Below are positions 63,601 to 64,000 of a stretch of DNA of 64,000 bases, in pieces (position 1 is the stretch's first letter; every line of letters starts with the position of its first letter). The notes under the pieces are model-generated. The model was not told the origin of the DNA. It ran no database searches and saw only the letters and a list, made by a program, of their open reading frames with translations. Source of the DNA: Ptychomitrium polyphyllum (lineage: Eukaryota); the NCBI GenBank assembly GCA_973851085.1, contig OZ316776.1:2976001-3040000 (forward strand), in the 5' to 3' direction. Made by a program: the position numbers and the translations under genes.

Positions 63601-64000
63601 ACTTTTATTTAAAATAAACTATTTCAGATTTCAAAATATCTTATATTTAAAGTTTATTTCCAAATTTTAAGATTTACAACTTTTTTGAGGTTGTAAGAAA
63701 TAAGTTTTATTAAGTCTTTATAAATATTATTAACATTTACCACTTAAGCTTCTAAATAGATTTTTTATCCAAAGAATTTTGCTTAGATTGAAATTTGGGA
63801 AGAGTTGATAAGGATTACAATATATTTAGGTACAATGGTAATAGCAAGAAAACTAACACCTATTAGTGGATTAAATGAAGAAAGGTGTCATTTAACATAA
63901 TATCAATTCTTTTCATTATACCAAATACATAATGGCTTTTAATTGGAATAAATGAATGGTGGTTTCTTTTGGACCATTTATGAATTATAATTGTATAATT

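Overview
Eukaryotic, intron-containing plant DNA, most likely from a moss such as Physcomitrium or a relative (inferred from gene content, codon use and AT-rich, transposon-decayed intergenic DNA). I reconstructed five protein-coding genes by hand from splice signals and reading phase. (1) + strand 967-5558: a NudC/NUDT19-type NADH pyrophosphatase with a likely plastid transit peptide. Its last exons, largely invisible in the ORF track, encode a complete Janus/Ocnus (PHPT1-type phosphohistidine phosphatase) domain. This fusion is the most interesting observation in the window. (2) - strand 5940-8669: a coiled-coil protein with no domain I recognise. (3) - strand 15732-18270: phenylalanine ammonia-lyase (PAL) with one intron. 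(4) + strand 36639-41541: a TEX2/Nvj2-like TM-PH-SMP lipid-transfer protein with a GC-AG intron. (5) + strand 43189-44601: an intronless kinase with DFE in place of DFG, followed by a decayed partial tandem copy. Non-genic features include a solo LTR with a perfect 5-bp target-site duplication (TSD), a TA-flanked MITE-like foldback, a decayed Sola-like DDD transposase, two long-range inverted repeats, minisatellites, and ORF-less GC-richer islands with MYB/ABRE-like motifs. I found no rRNA, tRNA or CRISPR array. All exon models are manual predictions and no searches were run.
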